Source: Bacteroidales bacterium (lineage in GTDB: Bacteria; Bacteroidota; Bacteroidia; Bacteroidales; JAIPAH01). From it: a DNA stretch of 59,687 bases. Below the pieces are notes generated by a model. That model worked only from the letters and a program-made list of their open reading frames with translations. It ran no database searches and was not told the DNA's origin. A program made the translations under genes and the position numbers. Shown here piece after piece: positions 9,151 through 19,114 of the stretch (position 1 is its first letter; every line of letters starts with the position of its first letter). The stretch covers positions 1 to 59,687 of the forward strand of contig JAIPAH010000001.1 in NCBI GenBank assembly GCA_021740175.1, written 5' to 3'.

Positions 9151-10083
9151 ATGGGTGAACAGTTGTTTTACTTTTTGATATATCCGGGAATGCTCTTTGC
9201 GGGCGTTGTAGGCGGCCTGATTGCCTGGGTGGATCGTAAGGTTACAGCGCGCGTCCAGTTCAGACAAGGCCCCCCTGTATTACAGCCGTTTTATGATTTT
9301 CTGAAATTATTGTTGGTGAAAGAAACTGTTTTGCCAAAGAGGGGATCGGCTATCTTTTTCCTGTTAGCACCCGTACTGGGCTTATTCGGAGCCACTGCCG
9401 CTGCGCTTTTGGTGCTTTTGCCGGCCTTGGGTATTACGGCCGGTTTTCAGGGAGATATCATCGTGCTGTTTTACTTGTTGGCGATTCCTTCGCTGATGTT
9501 TGTTATCGGGGCAATGGCCTCGGGTAATCCACTTTCGGCAGTGGGTGCTTCCCGTGAAATAAAATTGATACTCAGCTATGAGCTGACATTCATGCTTGTT
9601 GTTGCCGGTGTTATTCTTAAGAGCGGACAAACGCTTCACATGGATCAAATTATGATGATGCAGCAATCCCAGGGAGCTTTTATAGGTAGTGTCTCAGGGG
9701 TTTTGCTCTTTATTGCTGCTTTGTTTGCCATCCAGGGAAAAGCCGGGCTTGTACCTTTTGACTTGGCTGAAGCGGAAACCGAGATCGCTGAAGGGGCATT
9801 CATGGAATATTCCGGGACAGCTTTTGCGATCATAAAATATACAAAATATATCCTGCTGTTTATCCTCCCGGTATTTGTTGCTGAGATATTCCTGGGAGGA
9901 CTGACATTTACCGGCATCCACATTTTGTGGTCCATACTTAAGATTGTGCTGGTCCTGGTGCTGATGATTTTGATCCGCAATACCAATCCGCGGGTAAAGA
10001 TCAGCCAGGCCATGCGCTTTTTCCTGTTATGGATGAATCTGTTGGTGATTGCAGGACTGGTGTTACATTATTTAGGACTTTAA
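9151..10083 (+). CDS. Membrane subunit NuoH / HycD / MbhM-like
   Basis: 310 aa, polytopic, with the DRKVTARVQFRQGP motif typical of the NuoH family. Confidence 0.85.
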   Translation: MGEQLFYFLIYPGMLFAGVVGGLIAWVDRKVTARVQFRQGPPVLQPFYDFLKLLLVKETVLPKRGSAIFFLLAPVLGLFGATAAALLVLLPALGITAGFQGDIIVLFYLLAIPSLMFVIGAMASGNPLSAVGASREIKLILSYELTFMLVVAGVILKSGQTLHMDQIMMMQQSQGAFIGSVSGVLLFIAALFAIQGKAGLVPFDLAEAETEIAEGAFMEYSGTAFAIIKYTKYILLFILPVFVAEIFLGGLTFTGIHILWSILKIVLVLVLMILIRNTNPRVKISQAMRFFLLWMNLLVIAGLVLHYLGL

Positions 10084-10093
10084 AATCAGGCTT

Positions 10094-10510
10094 GTGGGAT
10101 TAAAGAGTTTTTGTTTAAAAAAATCATTGTGGGTTTTCCATTTCGGTGGCGCTTCATGTAACAACTGTGACATCGAAATCCTGGATTGTCTGACGCCACG
10201 ATACGACGTGGAACGATTTGGTATTAAACTGGTGGGTAGTCCCCGCCATGCCGATGTTCTCCTTGTAAATGGTTCCATGAACGGGAGGGATAAATCCCGG
10301 CTACTGGATATCTATGAGCAAGTGACGAAGCCGGTTTATGTGGTAGCTTTTGGAGCTTGCGGTTGTACCGGAGGCATATTTGCCGAAGGTTTACCTTTTG
10401 CCGGCCCGGTGGATACCATTATCCCGGTGGACGCTTACATTCCGGGTTGTCCGCCAAAGCCTGAAGCTATGATATCCGGACTAATGAAGTTATCTGAAAC
10501 GATTAAATAA
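10094..10510 (+). CDS. Group 4 hydrogenase small subunit (NuoB / HycG / MbhJ-like)
   Basis: 138 aa with a GTG start. The CNNC, GACGCTGG and IPGCPP cysteines fit a proximal [4Fe-4S] cluster. Confidence 0.88.
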   Translation: MGLKSFCLKKSLWVFHFGGASCNNCDIEILDCLTPRYDVERFGIKLVGSPRHADVLLVNGSMNGRDKSRLLDIYEQVTKPVYVVAFGACGCTGGIFAEGLPFAGPVDTIIPVDAYIPGCPPKPEAMISGLMKLSETIK

Positions 10511-10513
10511 ACT

Positions 10514-10954
10514 ATGGAAAACAACCCATTCATAGAGGAGATAAAAAACCGGTTCGCGGAAAAAATTGTGGAGGTGACAGAGCATAATCCGCTTCGCATC
10601 ACTCTCACGATTGATCCGGCATCTCTGACAGTGCTGGCTGGCGTTTTTCTCTCAGAGAAAAATTTTCGCTTTATCATAGCCAGCGGATTACATACAAAGA
10701 AGGGGTTTGAGATTCTATACCATTTCAGTAATGATAGTGAAGGTCATGTCATCAATGTGCATGTCGTGTTACCCCATGAAAATCCCGTTGTGGATTCACT
10801 GACGAAACTGCTTTCAGGGGCTGAATGGATAGAACGGGAAATCCATGAATTGCTTGGTATCGAATTTAAAGGACATCCCAACATGGTGCCATTGATATCA
10901 GAAGGGAATTGGCCGGAAGGGACATACCCGTATCGAAAAGATTTTAAATCATGA
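10514..10954 (+). CDS. NuoC / MbhK-like subunit
   Basis: 146 aa with the EREIHELLGIEFKGHP motif of the 30-kDa subunit family. Confidence 0.85.
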   Translation: MENNPFIEEIKNRFAEKIVEVTEHNPLRITLTIDPASLTVLAGVFLSEKNFRFIIASGLHTKKGFEILYHFSNDSEGHVINVHVVLPHENPVVDSLTKLLSGAEWIEREIHELLGIEFKGHPNMVPLISEGNWPEGTYPYRKDFKS

Positions 10955-12147
10955 GCAAACAAAAGATCATACCCATAGGACCTTACCATCCGCTTCAGGA
11001 AGAGCCGGAATACTTTAAGCTCTACTGCGAAGGGGAGAATGTGGTTGATATAGAGTGGGAGACCGGCTATAATCATCGCGGAATCGAAAAACTGGCGGAG
11101 GAGAAGACCTTTGAGCAGGTTTTCTTCTTGGTGGAGCGTATCTGCGGTATCTGTTCCACATCGCATCCCTTTGCTTTTGCCAACTGCATGGAAGAGATTG
11201 GAAAGGTGGAAATCCCCGACAGGGCCAAATATATCCGCAGTATTATAGGCGAGCTGGAACGCCTTCACAGTCACCTTCTCTGGGTAGGGCTGGCCGGGCA
11301 TTTTCTGGGTTATGATACGGTCTTTATGTGGGCCTGGAAATACCGCGAACCGGTGCTCGATTTGTTTGAGATTATTTCGGGGAACCGCAACAGCTATGCG
11401 ATGTTTACCATCGGTGGTGTTCGCCGGGATATCGAAAAATCGAAATTCCCGAAAATAAGAGAAGAACTTGAGGGCCTGAAAAAGAAAATAGATCTTTTAA
11501 CCGGGGCAGTAATGGATGATCCGGTGATACACGCCCGGACTAAGGGTGTTGGCGTCATGACACGTGAAGATATTATTGATTACGCTGCCGTAGGGCCTAC
11601 AGCCAGAGCTTCAGGCGTCGAGATCGATGTGCGCAGGGATGACCCGTATGCCGCTTATGATTTGGTGGACTGGAAAGTGATCACCTCCCCGGAAGGGGAT
11701 GTATTTGCAAAAGCCAAAGTGAGACTGCTTGAAATGTATGAGTCTGTAAAAATCATTGAGCAGTGTCTCGATAAAATGGAGAAACTGGAGGAAGGAAATA
11801 TCCAGACAAAAGTATGGGAGATACCCGAAGGGATCGGAATGGGCCATGCCGAAGCACCGCGAGGAGAAGTCTTTCATTTTGTTAAAACCGATGGCTCGAA
11901 TTCCCCGGTTCGTCATAAAATCAGGGCGCCAAGCTATGTCAACATCGCTACGTTTAAGAAATCGTGTGTCGGACAAACCATTTCGGATGCGGCCATTTCA
12001 CTGGCCGCCGTCGATCCTTGCTACTGCTGCACGGAACGGATGGCAGTGGCTTATGACAGTAGTACCGGGAAACGAATCCTTAGCGGGGATGAACTAATTA
12101 AACATTCACAGGCCAGAACAAGAGAACTAAAGAAAAACATGTTATGA
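10951..12147 (+). CDS. Group 4 [NiFe] hydrogenase large (catalytic) subunit (NuoD / HycE / MbhL-like)
   Basis: 398 aa with both Ni-Fe ligand motifs intact: RICGICSTSH near the N-terminus and DPCYCCTER near the C-terminus. A 35-aa tail follows the C-terminal motif. Confidence 0.92.
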   Translation: MSKQKIIPIGPYHPLQEEPEYFKLYCEGENVVDIEWETGYNHRGIEKLAEEKTFEQVFFLVERICGICSTSHPFAFANCMEEIGKVEIPDRAKYIRSIIGELERLHSHLLWVGLAGHFLGYDTVFMWAWKYREPVLDLFEIISGNRNSYAMFTIGGVRRDIEKSKFPKIREELEGLKKKIDLLTGAVMDDPVIHARTKGVGVMTREDIIDYAAVGPTARASGVEIDVRRDDPYAAYDLVDWKVITSPEGDVFAKAKVRLLEMYESVKIIEQCLDKMEKLEEGNIQTKVWEIPEGIGMGHAEAPRGEVFHFVKTDGSNSPVRHKIRAPSYVNIATFKKSCVGQTISDAAISLAAVDPCYCCTERMAVAYDSSTGKRILSGDELIKHSQARTRELKKNML

Positions 12148-14003
12148 CAGACTTGTTAAACATACTCATTTTTCTACCGCTTGCCGTAGGAATACTTTTA
12201 TTCCTTGTACCGGATAAGCTGCGCATTTGGAAAGGGTCAGCTGCTTTTGCGGTAACGTTGTTAGTGCTGTTTGCAGCCATAAGAATTTATGGCGCGGAAG
12301 AGGTTATAGTTCCATTGATTCAACAAGTACAGGGTTCTGCTTTTCTTACACAGTTCACCCATACCCTTCAGGAATTTACGGTGCTTAATATGAATGCCCT
12401 GAGCAAACTTATCCTGCTTTTCCTGGCAGTTTTAGCCCCACTGATAGGTTTGTATTCGATTTACCGGGAAAAGAATGCTGATTTTCCGGCTCATTTTTAC
12501 TCATGGTTTTTGATAACCCTGGGCTGTTCAGCAGGAACCGTATTAGCGGAGAACCTTTTGCTTTTCCTTTTCTTCTGGGGGGTATTGGGTTATACCCTCT
12601 ATAAGCTGATAGCCCAGAATGATGAAGCGAGTTCTGCTTCTGCTAAAAAGACGCTTATTATTATCGGATCGTCCGATGCGTTGATGATCATAGGCATTGG
12701 TCTGATTTGGAATATTGCCGGCACGTTAAATATTAGTGAGCTTTCCATTGCTACAACCGGCGGTCCTGCTGTGATGGCTTTTTTATTACTGGCGATTGGT
12801 GCTTTTACCAAGGCCGGCGCCTTTCCCTTCCACACATGGATTTTGAATTTCACTGAAAAGGCTCACGGATTAAGTTCGGCTTACATGCCCGCATCTTTCG
12901 ATAAACTTATTGGCATTTATTTCCTGGCATTACTTTGCAGCCGCATCTTCGAGCTAAACCAGTGGCTTGTGTTTGCCTTGCTTATCATTGGCGTGTGCAC
13001 CATCATTTTTGCCGTGATGATGGCTTTAATACAGCATAATTTCAAAAAACTGTTAGGGTATCATGCCGTTTCTCAGGTAGGATATATGATAGTAGGGATT
13101 TCTCTGGGTTCACCCCTTGGGATAGCTGCTGGCTTATTCCATATGTTTAATAATGCGGTTTACAAAGGAGGACTTTTTCTTACAGCAGCATCCGTTGAGC
13201 GACGAACAGGGACCAGTGATATTGATAAGACCGGTGGATTAGCTTCCAAAATGCCCCTCACGTTTATTGCAGCTGTTGTTTTTGCCCTGTCTATTTCCGG
13301 AATTCCACCCTTAAACGGTTTTGCTTCGAAATGGATGATTTACCAGGGCATTGTTGATTTCGGACAGCAATCCGGAATAGCCAGTCAGTTATGGATTATT
13401 TGGCTGGCTCTTGCCGTATTCGGCTCTGCCCTGACATTAGCCAGTTTCATAAAATATGTATCAGGAATATTCCTGGGAAGGAAGAAAGAGATTTATGAAA
13501 AAATAAAAGAAGTGGGCCTATTACAGTGGATCCCCATGATGCTATTAGCTGTGATTTGTATTTGGTTTGGAGCCTTTGCCACCGAATATGTGATTAAAGA
13601 GCTGTTCATGCCGGTTTCCGGGACATTCGCTTTCGTTGGTATTTGGGATTCATCACTCTTGTTATGGCTCGTAGTGGCCTCTATTGTTGTAGGATTTTTG
13701 ATTTACTGGATTGGAAGTCTGAAAAATATGCGAAAGGTCGAGCCTTTTATAGGCGGGGAAAAAGCTGATGAGACACAGGGTTATCCGATAACGGGATTTT
13801 ATCATACGCTGCGTAAATCAAGATATCTGGCCTTTTTCTACGCCAGGGCCGAGGAGAAGTGGTTTGACATCTACGACCTTTTTAAAGGCTTTGTGTTGTG
13901 GACCAACAAAGGGTTTAGTACAATTCATACAGGGGTGCTGACAACCTATGCTTTTTGGATATATGGTGGTCTGGCTATAATACTATTGTTGTTGATTTTA
14001 TAG
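12144..14003 (+). CDS. Antiporter-like proton-conducting membrane subunit (NuoL / MrpA / HyfB-like)
   Basis: 619 aa, highly hydrophobic, with GAFPFHTW and HAVSQVGYM-type motifs of the NuoL/M/N family. Confidence 0.85.
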   Translation: MTDLLNILIFLPLAVGILLFLVPDKLRIWKGSAAFAVTLLVLFAAIRIYGAEEVIVPLIQQVQGSAFLTQFTHTLQEFTVLNMNALSKLILLFLAVLAPLIGLYSIYREKNADFPAHFYSWFLITLGCSAGTVLAENLLLFLFFWGVLGYTLYKLIAQNDEASSASAKKTLIIIGSSDALMIIGIGLIWNIAGTLNISELSIATTGGPAVMAFLLLAIGAFTKAGAFPFHTWILNFTEKAHGLSSAYMPASFDKLIGIYFLALLCSRIFELNQWLVFALLIIGVCTIIFAVMMALIQHNFKKLLGYHAVSQVGYMIVGISLGSPLGIAAGLFHMFNNAVYKGGLFLTAASVERRTGTSDIDKTGGLASKMPLTFIAAVVFALSISGIPPLNGFASKWMIYQGIVDFGQQSGIASQLWIIWLALAVFGSALTLASFIKYVSGIFLGRKKEIYEKIKEVGLLQWIPMMLLAVICIWFGAFATEYVIKELFMPVSGTFAFVGIWDSSLLLWLVVASIVVGFLIYWIGSLKNMRKVEPFIGGEKADETQGYPITGFYHTLRKSRYLAFFYARAEEKWFDIYDLFKGFVLWTNKGFSTIHTGVLTTYAFWIYGGLAIILLLLIL

Positions 14004-14106
14004 AAATATACAGACTATGCCTGATATAGTAAAAGATACACTTAGAGCGTGATAAAGAATATGGGACAACAGGTAAACTGTTACAAAATTTAAACGGTAG
14101 AAAACT

Positions 14107-14646
14107 ATGGAAACGCTGCTTTCAATACTGATTGGTTTTATGATTATCGGGGCTTTATATGCCCTGCACGCCAAAGACCTGCTTTCGGCACTGATTGCAC
14201 AGGGCATTGTAGGGTATGGGCTGGTGATTTGTTTTCTGAATTTACGGGCGCCTGATTTGGCTATTGTTCAGATAGTGGTGGAAACCATTACACTGGTCGT
14301 CATGGTAGCTGTGGTTTTAAACTCCAGCAGGAAGGAAGTGAAGGAGAGCTGGAACCGGAATAAGATTCTCAACATCGTGACGTCTGTCATCATTGTGGGA
14401 TTCCTGGTGTACATTTTTGCTTTTATGATTCAGCCACTCCAGCCATTTGGTGATCATTCCATGCGGATGGCCCAGTATTACACCCAAATGGGAGCCGAAA
14501 GCACGGGAGCAGCCAATTTGGTCACAGGCGTCCTGTTTGATTTCAGAGGATATGATACGCTTGGCGAAGCTACCATACTTTTTACAGCAGCGCTGGGAGT
14601 AGTAACAATCTTGCGTTCCAAACCCAAAAAAGAATCGGCATCATGA
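14107..14646 (+). CDS. MnhB-domain / MrpA C-terminal-like membrane subunit (MbhD/E-like)
   Basis: 179 aa, 4-5 TM, with a GYDTLGEATILFTAALGV motif. Confidence 0.6.
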   Translation: METLLSILIGFMIIGALYALHAKDLLSALIAQGIVGYGLVICFLNLRAPDLAIVQIVVETITLVVMVAVVLNSSRKEVKESWNRNKILNIVTSVIIVGFLVYIFAFMIQPLQPFGDHSMRMAQYYTQMGAESTGAANLVTGVLFDFRGYDTLGEATILFTAALGVVTILRSKPKKESAS

Positions 14647-15080
14647 ATGGAATGACGCAAATAGTAAAAAAAGTAACACAGCTAATGAGCGGACTGATAT
14701 TTATGTATGGGCTCTACATTATCACCCACGGACACCTGACGCCCGGTGGGGGATTTGCCGGCGGGGCGATTGTGGCCGGAGGATTTATTCTTTTGATTCT
14801 GGCTTTTGGCAGTAAAGTCATCAGCCTGAGAAAGGAGGAAACCCAAACGTCCATTACCGAAAGTGCAGCCTTGCTTATCGTTATATTACTTGCACTTGCC
14901 GGGTTGTTCCTCGGTGTGCATGTATTTTTCAATAACTATTTACCGCAGGGACAAGTAGGAGAGCTAATAAGTGCGGGTGTTATCCCGATATACAATATTT
15001 TCATAGGGATGGAGGTAGCGGCAGCATTGCTGACGATTTTCCTCGCATTGGTAATTTATAAAGAGGAGGTAGCATCATGA
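14643..15080 (+). CDS. MrpB / MnhB-like antiporter subunit (MbhF-like)
   Basis: 145 aa with a GHLTPGGGFAGGAI motif. Its start overlaps the previous gene as ATGA. Confidence 0.72.
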   Translation: MNGMTQIVKKVTQLMSGLIFMYGLYIITHGHLTPGGGFAGGAIVAGGFILLILAFGSKVISLRKEETQTSITESAALLIVILLALAGLFLGVHVFFNNYLPQGQVGELISAGVIPIYNIFIGMEVAAALLTIFLALVIYKEEVAS

Positions 15081-15415
15081 CCGTTTATATAATGTGCTTC
15101 ATACTGTTTTTGGTAGGACTTTACGGCGTTCTGACGCGGCGTAACATGATAAAGATTGTGATTGGATTTTCGATCATGGAGTTCAGCTGTTTCCTGTTTC
15201 TGGCTATGATAGGCTATATCGAAAACGGATTGGCTCCGATTCTTAAAGAGGAGATGGAAAATCCAGTGTACGTTGACCCGTTGCCGCAGGCGATGGTGCT
15301 GACGGCTATTGTGATTGGTCTGGCCACCACGGCATTGCTTCTGGCTATCGCGATAAGGATTTATAAAAAATACGGAACGTTTGATATCCGCAAAGTGAAT
15401 GAACTAAAAGGATAA
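15077..15415 (+). CDS. MrpC / NuoK-like antiporter subunit (MbhG-like)
   Basis: 112 aa, three TM helices, placed between MrpB-like and MrpD-like genes. Confidence 0.72.
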   Translation: MTVYIMCFILFLVGLYGVLTRRNMIKIVIGFSIMEFSCFLFLAMIGYIENGLAPILKEEMENPVYVDPLPQAMVLTAIVIGLATTALLLAIAIRIYKKYGTFDIRKVNELKG

Positions 15416-15417
15416 TT

Positions 15418-16956
15418 ATGGAACTGATACCGGCTTTATATATCATTTTACCGCTTTTGGGAGCCTTCCTGATACCCATTGTGGGGCATTTTGTGAAAGG
15501 CTTTCAGAAGACGCTTAGTGTTTTGATCACATTGTTCCTTGTTGTTTACAGTGTATGGTTTTACGTAGTGGGTTATGATGCGCCGGCTGTAACTAAAGTT
15601 GGTGGATGGGAAGCGGTGAAAGGCATCCCGATAGCCATTTACCTTGTTTATGACGGGTTAAGCGCTTTTATTCTTCTTACCGTCAACCTGATTGCTTTTC
15701 TCTCCACTTTTTATGCGATGGGATACATCAAGCGGTTTACGGCAGAAAATAATTTTTATGCTCTGCTTTGCCTGATGATTGCAGGTATGAATGGTGTAGT
15801 CCTTTCCGGTGATATCTTTAATATATATGTCTTCCTCGAAATAGCTGTTATCGCCTCTTATGCTTTGGTCGCTTTCGGAACGGAGAAAAGGGAGCTGGAG
15901 GCTTCTTTCAAATACCAGGTTTTAGGGGGTATCGCTTCCCTTCTGATACTTTTTGCCGTCGGATTGCTTTACTGGCAGACCCAGACGCTGAACCTGGCAG
16001 ACATTTCGGCCATACTTCAATACGAGGATCAAAGCACAGCTTTGATATTTACCGAAGTTCTCCTGATAGTTGGATTTGGGTTGAAAGCGGCCATGATACC
16101 GTTTCATGCCTGGCTGCCGGATGCCCATTCCTCTGCGCCTTCACCCATTTCGGCAATGCTGTCCGGGGTTTTGATTAAGGCTGTGGGCGTTTATGCGTTG
16201 ATCAGGTTGTTTTTCAATATCTTCACCATTACCTATGAATTAACTCTGGTAATTATTGTTTTAGGCACGCTGTCCATGGTGATAGGCGTCCTGCTGGCGA
16301 TTGGCCAATGGGACCTGAAGCGCCTGCTTGCCTACCACAGCATCAGTCAGATGGGCTATGTGGTCATCGGTGTAGGCATTGGTATGATGATCATTTTTGA
16401 GGACGGCAACCGAACCGTAGCAGCCCTGTCGATAGCAGGTGGATTGTTCCACCTGATTAATCACGCGGTATTTAAAGGTTTACTCTTTCTGGATGCCGGG
16501 GCGATTGAGTATTTAGCCGGAACAAGGAATTTGAAGGAGTTGGGCGGACTTTCCCGAAAGATGCCGGTAACTTCTTCCACATCGCTGGGGGCTTCTATGG
16601 CTATTTCAGGAGTTCCACCGTTTAATGGCTTTTTCAGCAAATTATTGATCATTATCGCTGCAGTACGGGCCGAGTTTTACCTGCTGGCTGCATTGGCGGT
16701 ATTTGTGAATTTTGTGACACTGGGTTCTTTCATGAAATTTATTCGCTATGCCTTCTTTAACCTGAAAGAATCAGGGGTGAGCCTAATAAAACTCAGGCTG
16801 CCATTTTCCATGAAGTTTTCCATGATCACGATGGTGATTCTCTGCGTGCTGATGAGTTTAATGGTTTTTCCCTTTTTCAGGGAGATATTGCTGAATCCCG
16901 CAGTGGATGTTTTAATGAATACAGGTGAATATGCATCGAAAATAATAGGATCATAA
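15418..16956 (+). CDS. MrpD / NuoM/N-like antiporter subunit (MbhH-like)
   Basis: 512 aa with an AAMIPFHAWLPDAHSSAPSPISAMLSG motif. Confidence 0.88.
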   Translation: MELIPALYIILPLLGAFLIPIVGHFVKGFQKTLSVLITLFLVVYSVWFYVVGYDAPAVTKVGGWEAVKGIPIAIYLVYDGLSAFILLTVNLIAFLSTFYAMGYIKRFTAENNFYALLCLMIAGMNGVVLSGDIFNIYVFLEIAVIASYALVAFGTEKRELEASFKYQVLGGIASLLILFAVGLLYWQTQTLNLADISAILQYEDQSTALIFTEVLLIVGFGLKAAMIPFHAWLPDAHSSAPSPISAMLSGVLIKAVGVYALIRLFFNIFTITYELTLVIIVLGTLSMVIGVLLAIGQWDLKRLLAYHSISQMGYVVIGVGIGMMIIFEDGNRTVAALSIAGGLFHLINHAVFKGLLFLDAGAIEYLAGTRNLKELGGLSRKMPVTSSTSLGASMAISGVPPFNGFFSKLLIIIAAVRAEFYLLAALAVFVNFVTLGSFMKFIRYAFFNLKESGVSLIKLRLPFSMKFSMITMVILCVLMSLMVFPFFREILLNPAVDVLMNTGEYASKIIGS

Positions 16957-16957
16957 T

Positions 16958-17443
16958 ATGAGATTTATAGCGCTTTTTATAATACTCCTGGTTTTCTGGC
17001 TGCTGATAACGTTCAGCCTGACACTGGCGAATATTGTCGTTGGAGCGGTAGCCGCTTTAATCGGCGCCTTACTGTTCGGGAAGTATTTCGTACATAATCT
17101 TTACAAATTCGGGCAGCCAAAAAGGTATTACTGGTTTGTGATTTATCTGGGCATCTTTATCTGGGAGGTGCTGAAAGCCAATTTTGATGTGGCTTACCGG
17201 GTGATACATCCGGCCATGCCTATCAAGCCTGGAATTGTACGGGTACCCCTCGAAGTAAAATCGGAGATAGCCCGCACGATGCTGGCCAATTCGATTACCA
17301 TGACACCGGGAACCATTACGGTAGATATAATAGGCGATGATATTTTCGTGCATTGGATTTATGTGAAATCGGACAAACCTGAAGAATATGCCCGTGAGGT
17401 TTCAGGACGGTTTGAAAAATACATCAAAAAAATATTTGAATGA
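16958..17443 (+). CDS. MrpE / MnhE-like subunit (MbhA-like)
   Basis: 161 aa with two N-terminal TM helices. It lies directly before MrpF/G-like genes. Confidence 0.68.
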   Translation: MRFIALFIILLVFWLLITFSLTLANIVVGAVAALIGALLFGKYFVHNLYKFGQPKRYYWFVIYLGIFIWEVLKANFDVAYRVIHPAMPIKPGIVRVPLEVKSEIARTMLANSITMTPGTITVDIIGDDIFVHWIYVKSDKPEEYAREVSGRFEKYIKKIFE

Positions 17444-17700
17444 TGCTTGAAGTATTGTTATACATACAAATCGGTTTATGCGCTTTTTGCCTTTACCGGA
17501 TTATCAGAGGCCCAACGGTAGCCGACCGGATGGTGGGGATCGATATTTTCGGTATCCTGGTAGTGGGTATTTGCGCCATTATGGCCATAACTACCGATCG
17601 CATGTTTTTGCTGGATATCGGAATCGCCTGGGTCATCCTGAGTTTTATAGGAACACTGACATTAGCGAAATATCTGAGTGGTAAAAAATTAAACGAATGA
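17440..17700 (+). CDS. MrpF / MnhF-like subunit (MbhB-like)
   Basis: 86 aa with an RIIRGPTVADRMVGID motif. Confidence 0.72.
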   Translation: MMLEVLLYIQIGLCAFCLYRIIRGPTVADRMVGIDIFGILVVGICAIMAITTDRMFLLDIGIAWVILSFIGTLTLAKYLSGKKLNE

Positions 17701-17701
17701 T

Positions 17702-18019
17702 ATGGTTAGTACAATTATCATAACGATTGGCATTGCTTTTAACTTCCTGGGCTGCCTGGGGCTGATTCGGTTTCCTGATGTTTACAACAGGCTCCAATCA
17801 GCTACAAAGTGTGTGACCCTGGGTACGTGCAGTATTTTGTTAGGTGTGCTTGTCCATTACGGATTTGTGGAAGTGGGAGTGAAAGCGTTGATAGCCATAC
17901 CATTGCTTTTCTTTGCCGCCACAGTCGGAGCACATGCTTTGGTCAGGGGATCACATATAGCAGGCATTAAGCTTGGTGACAAGAGTGTGAAAGACGATTA
18001 TAAGGAGGTAGAAAAATGA
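17702..18019 (+). CDS. MrpG / MnhG-like subunit (MbhC-like)
   Basis: 105 aa with an LGLIRFPDVYNRLQSATKCVTLG motif. Confidence 0.72.
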   Translation: MVSTIIITIGIAFNFLGCLGLIRFPDVYNRLQSATKCVTLGTCSILLGVLVHYGFVEVGVKALIAIPLLFFAATVGAHALVRGSHIAGIKLGDKSVKDDYKEVEK

Positions 18020-18642
18020 AATATCCGAAACTCAGAGAAGTGAGAGAAGCGGTGACTTCATTGTTTACGGCTCCATATACAACGAAGTTTCCAAAAGAAC
18101 CGCATACACCGTTTGAGGGTTTCAGAGGCAAACCGACCGTTAACGATGAAAAATGCGTTGGTTGCCTGACCTGCTCGAATGTTTGTCCTTCTTATGCGAT
18201 TACGGTTGAAGACGACAAGGAGCGTGGCATCAGGAAGATAGTACGGGATTACGGGAAATGTATTTTCTGTGGGCAATGTCAGAACTATTGCATTACTGGC
18301 GAAGGGGTGATTCTTTCGGATACGGATTACGACCTGTCCACCTTCGACCGAAAAGATGAAAATACGGTCGAGACACAGGAAAAAGAGCTGCTGCTATGCG
18401 AAAATTGCGGAGCGGTCATTACTACCAAAGAGCATATTCAGTTTCTGCATAAAAAGTTAGGCCCCAAAGCATACTCGTCCCTTATTGATTTAAATGCTTT
18501 AAATGATGAGCTGAAACTGTCAAAACCTGGAGAAACGAAGACCGAAGTGACAGAGGGCTTGAGAAGAAAAGACACATTTAAGGTGCTTTGCCCGAACTGC
18601 TTGCGTAAAGTATTGGTGAATAATTTGTTGCCTGATGAGTAA
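18016..18642 (+). CDS. 2x[4Fe-4S] subunit NuoI / HycF / MbhN-like with an extra Cys4 C-terminal extension
   Basis: 208 aa with CVGCLTCSNVCP and CIFCGQCQNYC motifs, plus distal CENCGAV...CPNCLRKV. Confidence 0.8.
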   Translation: MKYPKLREVREAVTSLFTAPYTTKFPKEPHTPFEGFRGKPTVNDEKCVGCLTCSNVCPSYAITVEDDKERGIRKIVRDYGKCIFCGQCQNYCITGEGVILSDTDYDLSTFDRKDENTVETQEKELLLCENCGAVITTKEHIQFLHKKLGPKAYSSLIDLNALNDELKLSKPGETKTEVTEGLRRKDTFKVLCPNCLRKVLVNNLLPDE

Positions 18643-19114
18643 TTGGTTTAATATTGATAGAATTGACTGGAATGCATTGCTTTTTGTCGGTATGGGAAAC
18701 CGCATCAAAAGGGATGACGGTGTCGGCATATATATCAGCGAACAGTTGAAGGAACAAGGGATTGAAGATATAGTAATCGCTGAAAACAGCATTGAAAATT
18801 ATATCGGAAAAATAAATGATCGGCAGGCTAAGACCATTGTGATGATCGATGCTATGGATATGACAGAGGAGCCGGGGTTTTATAAACTTGTTACCGTTAG
18901 CGATGTGCAGAACACAACAACCAACACACATAACTTATCCTTAAGCACGATTTCTTCGTTTTTCGATGCGAAAAATCAGTGGGTTTTAGGTATTCAACCG
19001 GAAGAAGTGACTTTCGGCATGGGGTTAACCCCGCAGGTTCAATCAGCCGCCGATAGAATAGTCAGAGCATTAATAAATAGTTATAATAAAAATCAAAAAA
19101 TACCGAAGCCATGA
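18635..19114 (+). CDS. hycI: Hydrogenase maturation endopeptidase (HycI/HyaD family)
   Basis: 159 aa with FVGMGNRIKRDDGVG, IDAMD and a downstream His. Confidence 0.85.
   Translation: MSNWFNIDRIDWNALLFVGMGNRIKRDDGVGIYISEQLKEQGIEDIVIAENSIENYIGKINDRQAKTIVMIDAMDMTEEPGFYKLVTVSDVQNTTTNTHNLSLSTISSFFDAKNQWVLGIQPEEVTFGMGLTPQVQSAADRIVRALINSYNKNQKIPKP

Noticed and set aside
10951-12147. The possibility that the large subunit is a non-hydrogenase relative (Mbx/Mbs- or Nuo-type) that has lost the Ni-Fe site.
   Set aside because: Both CxxC ligand pairs (CGIC and CYCC contexts) are intact. A full hyp set and a HycI-type protease are adjacent.
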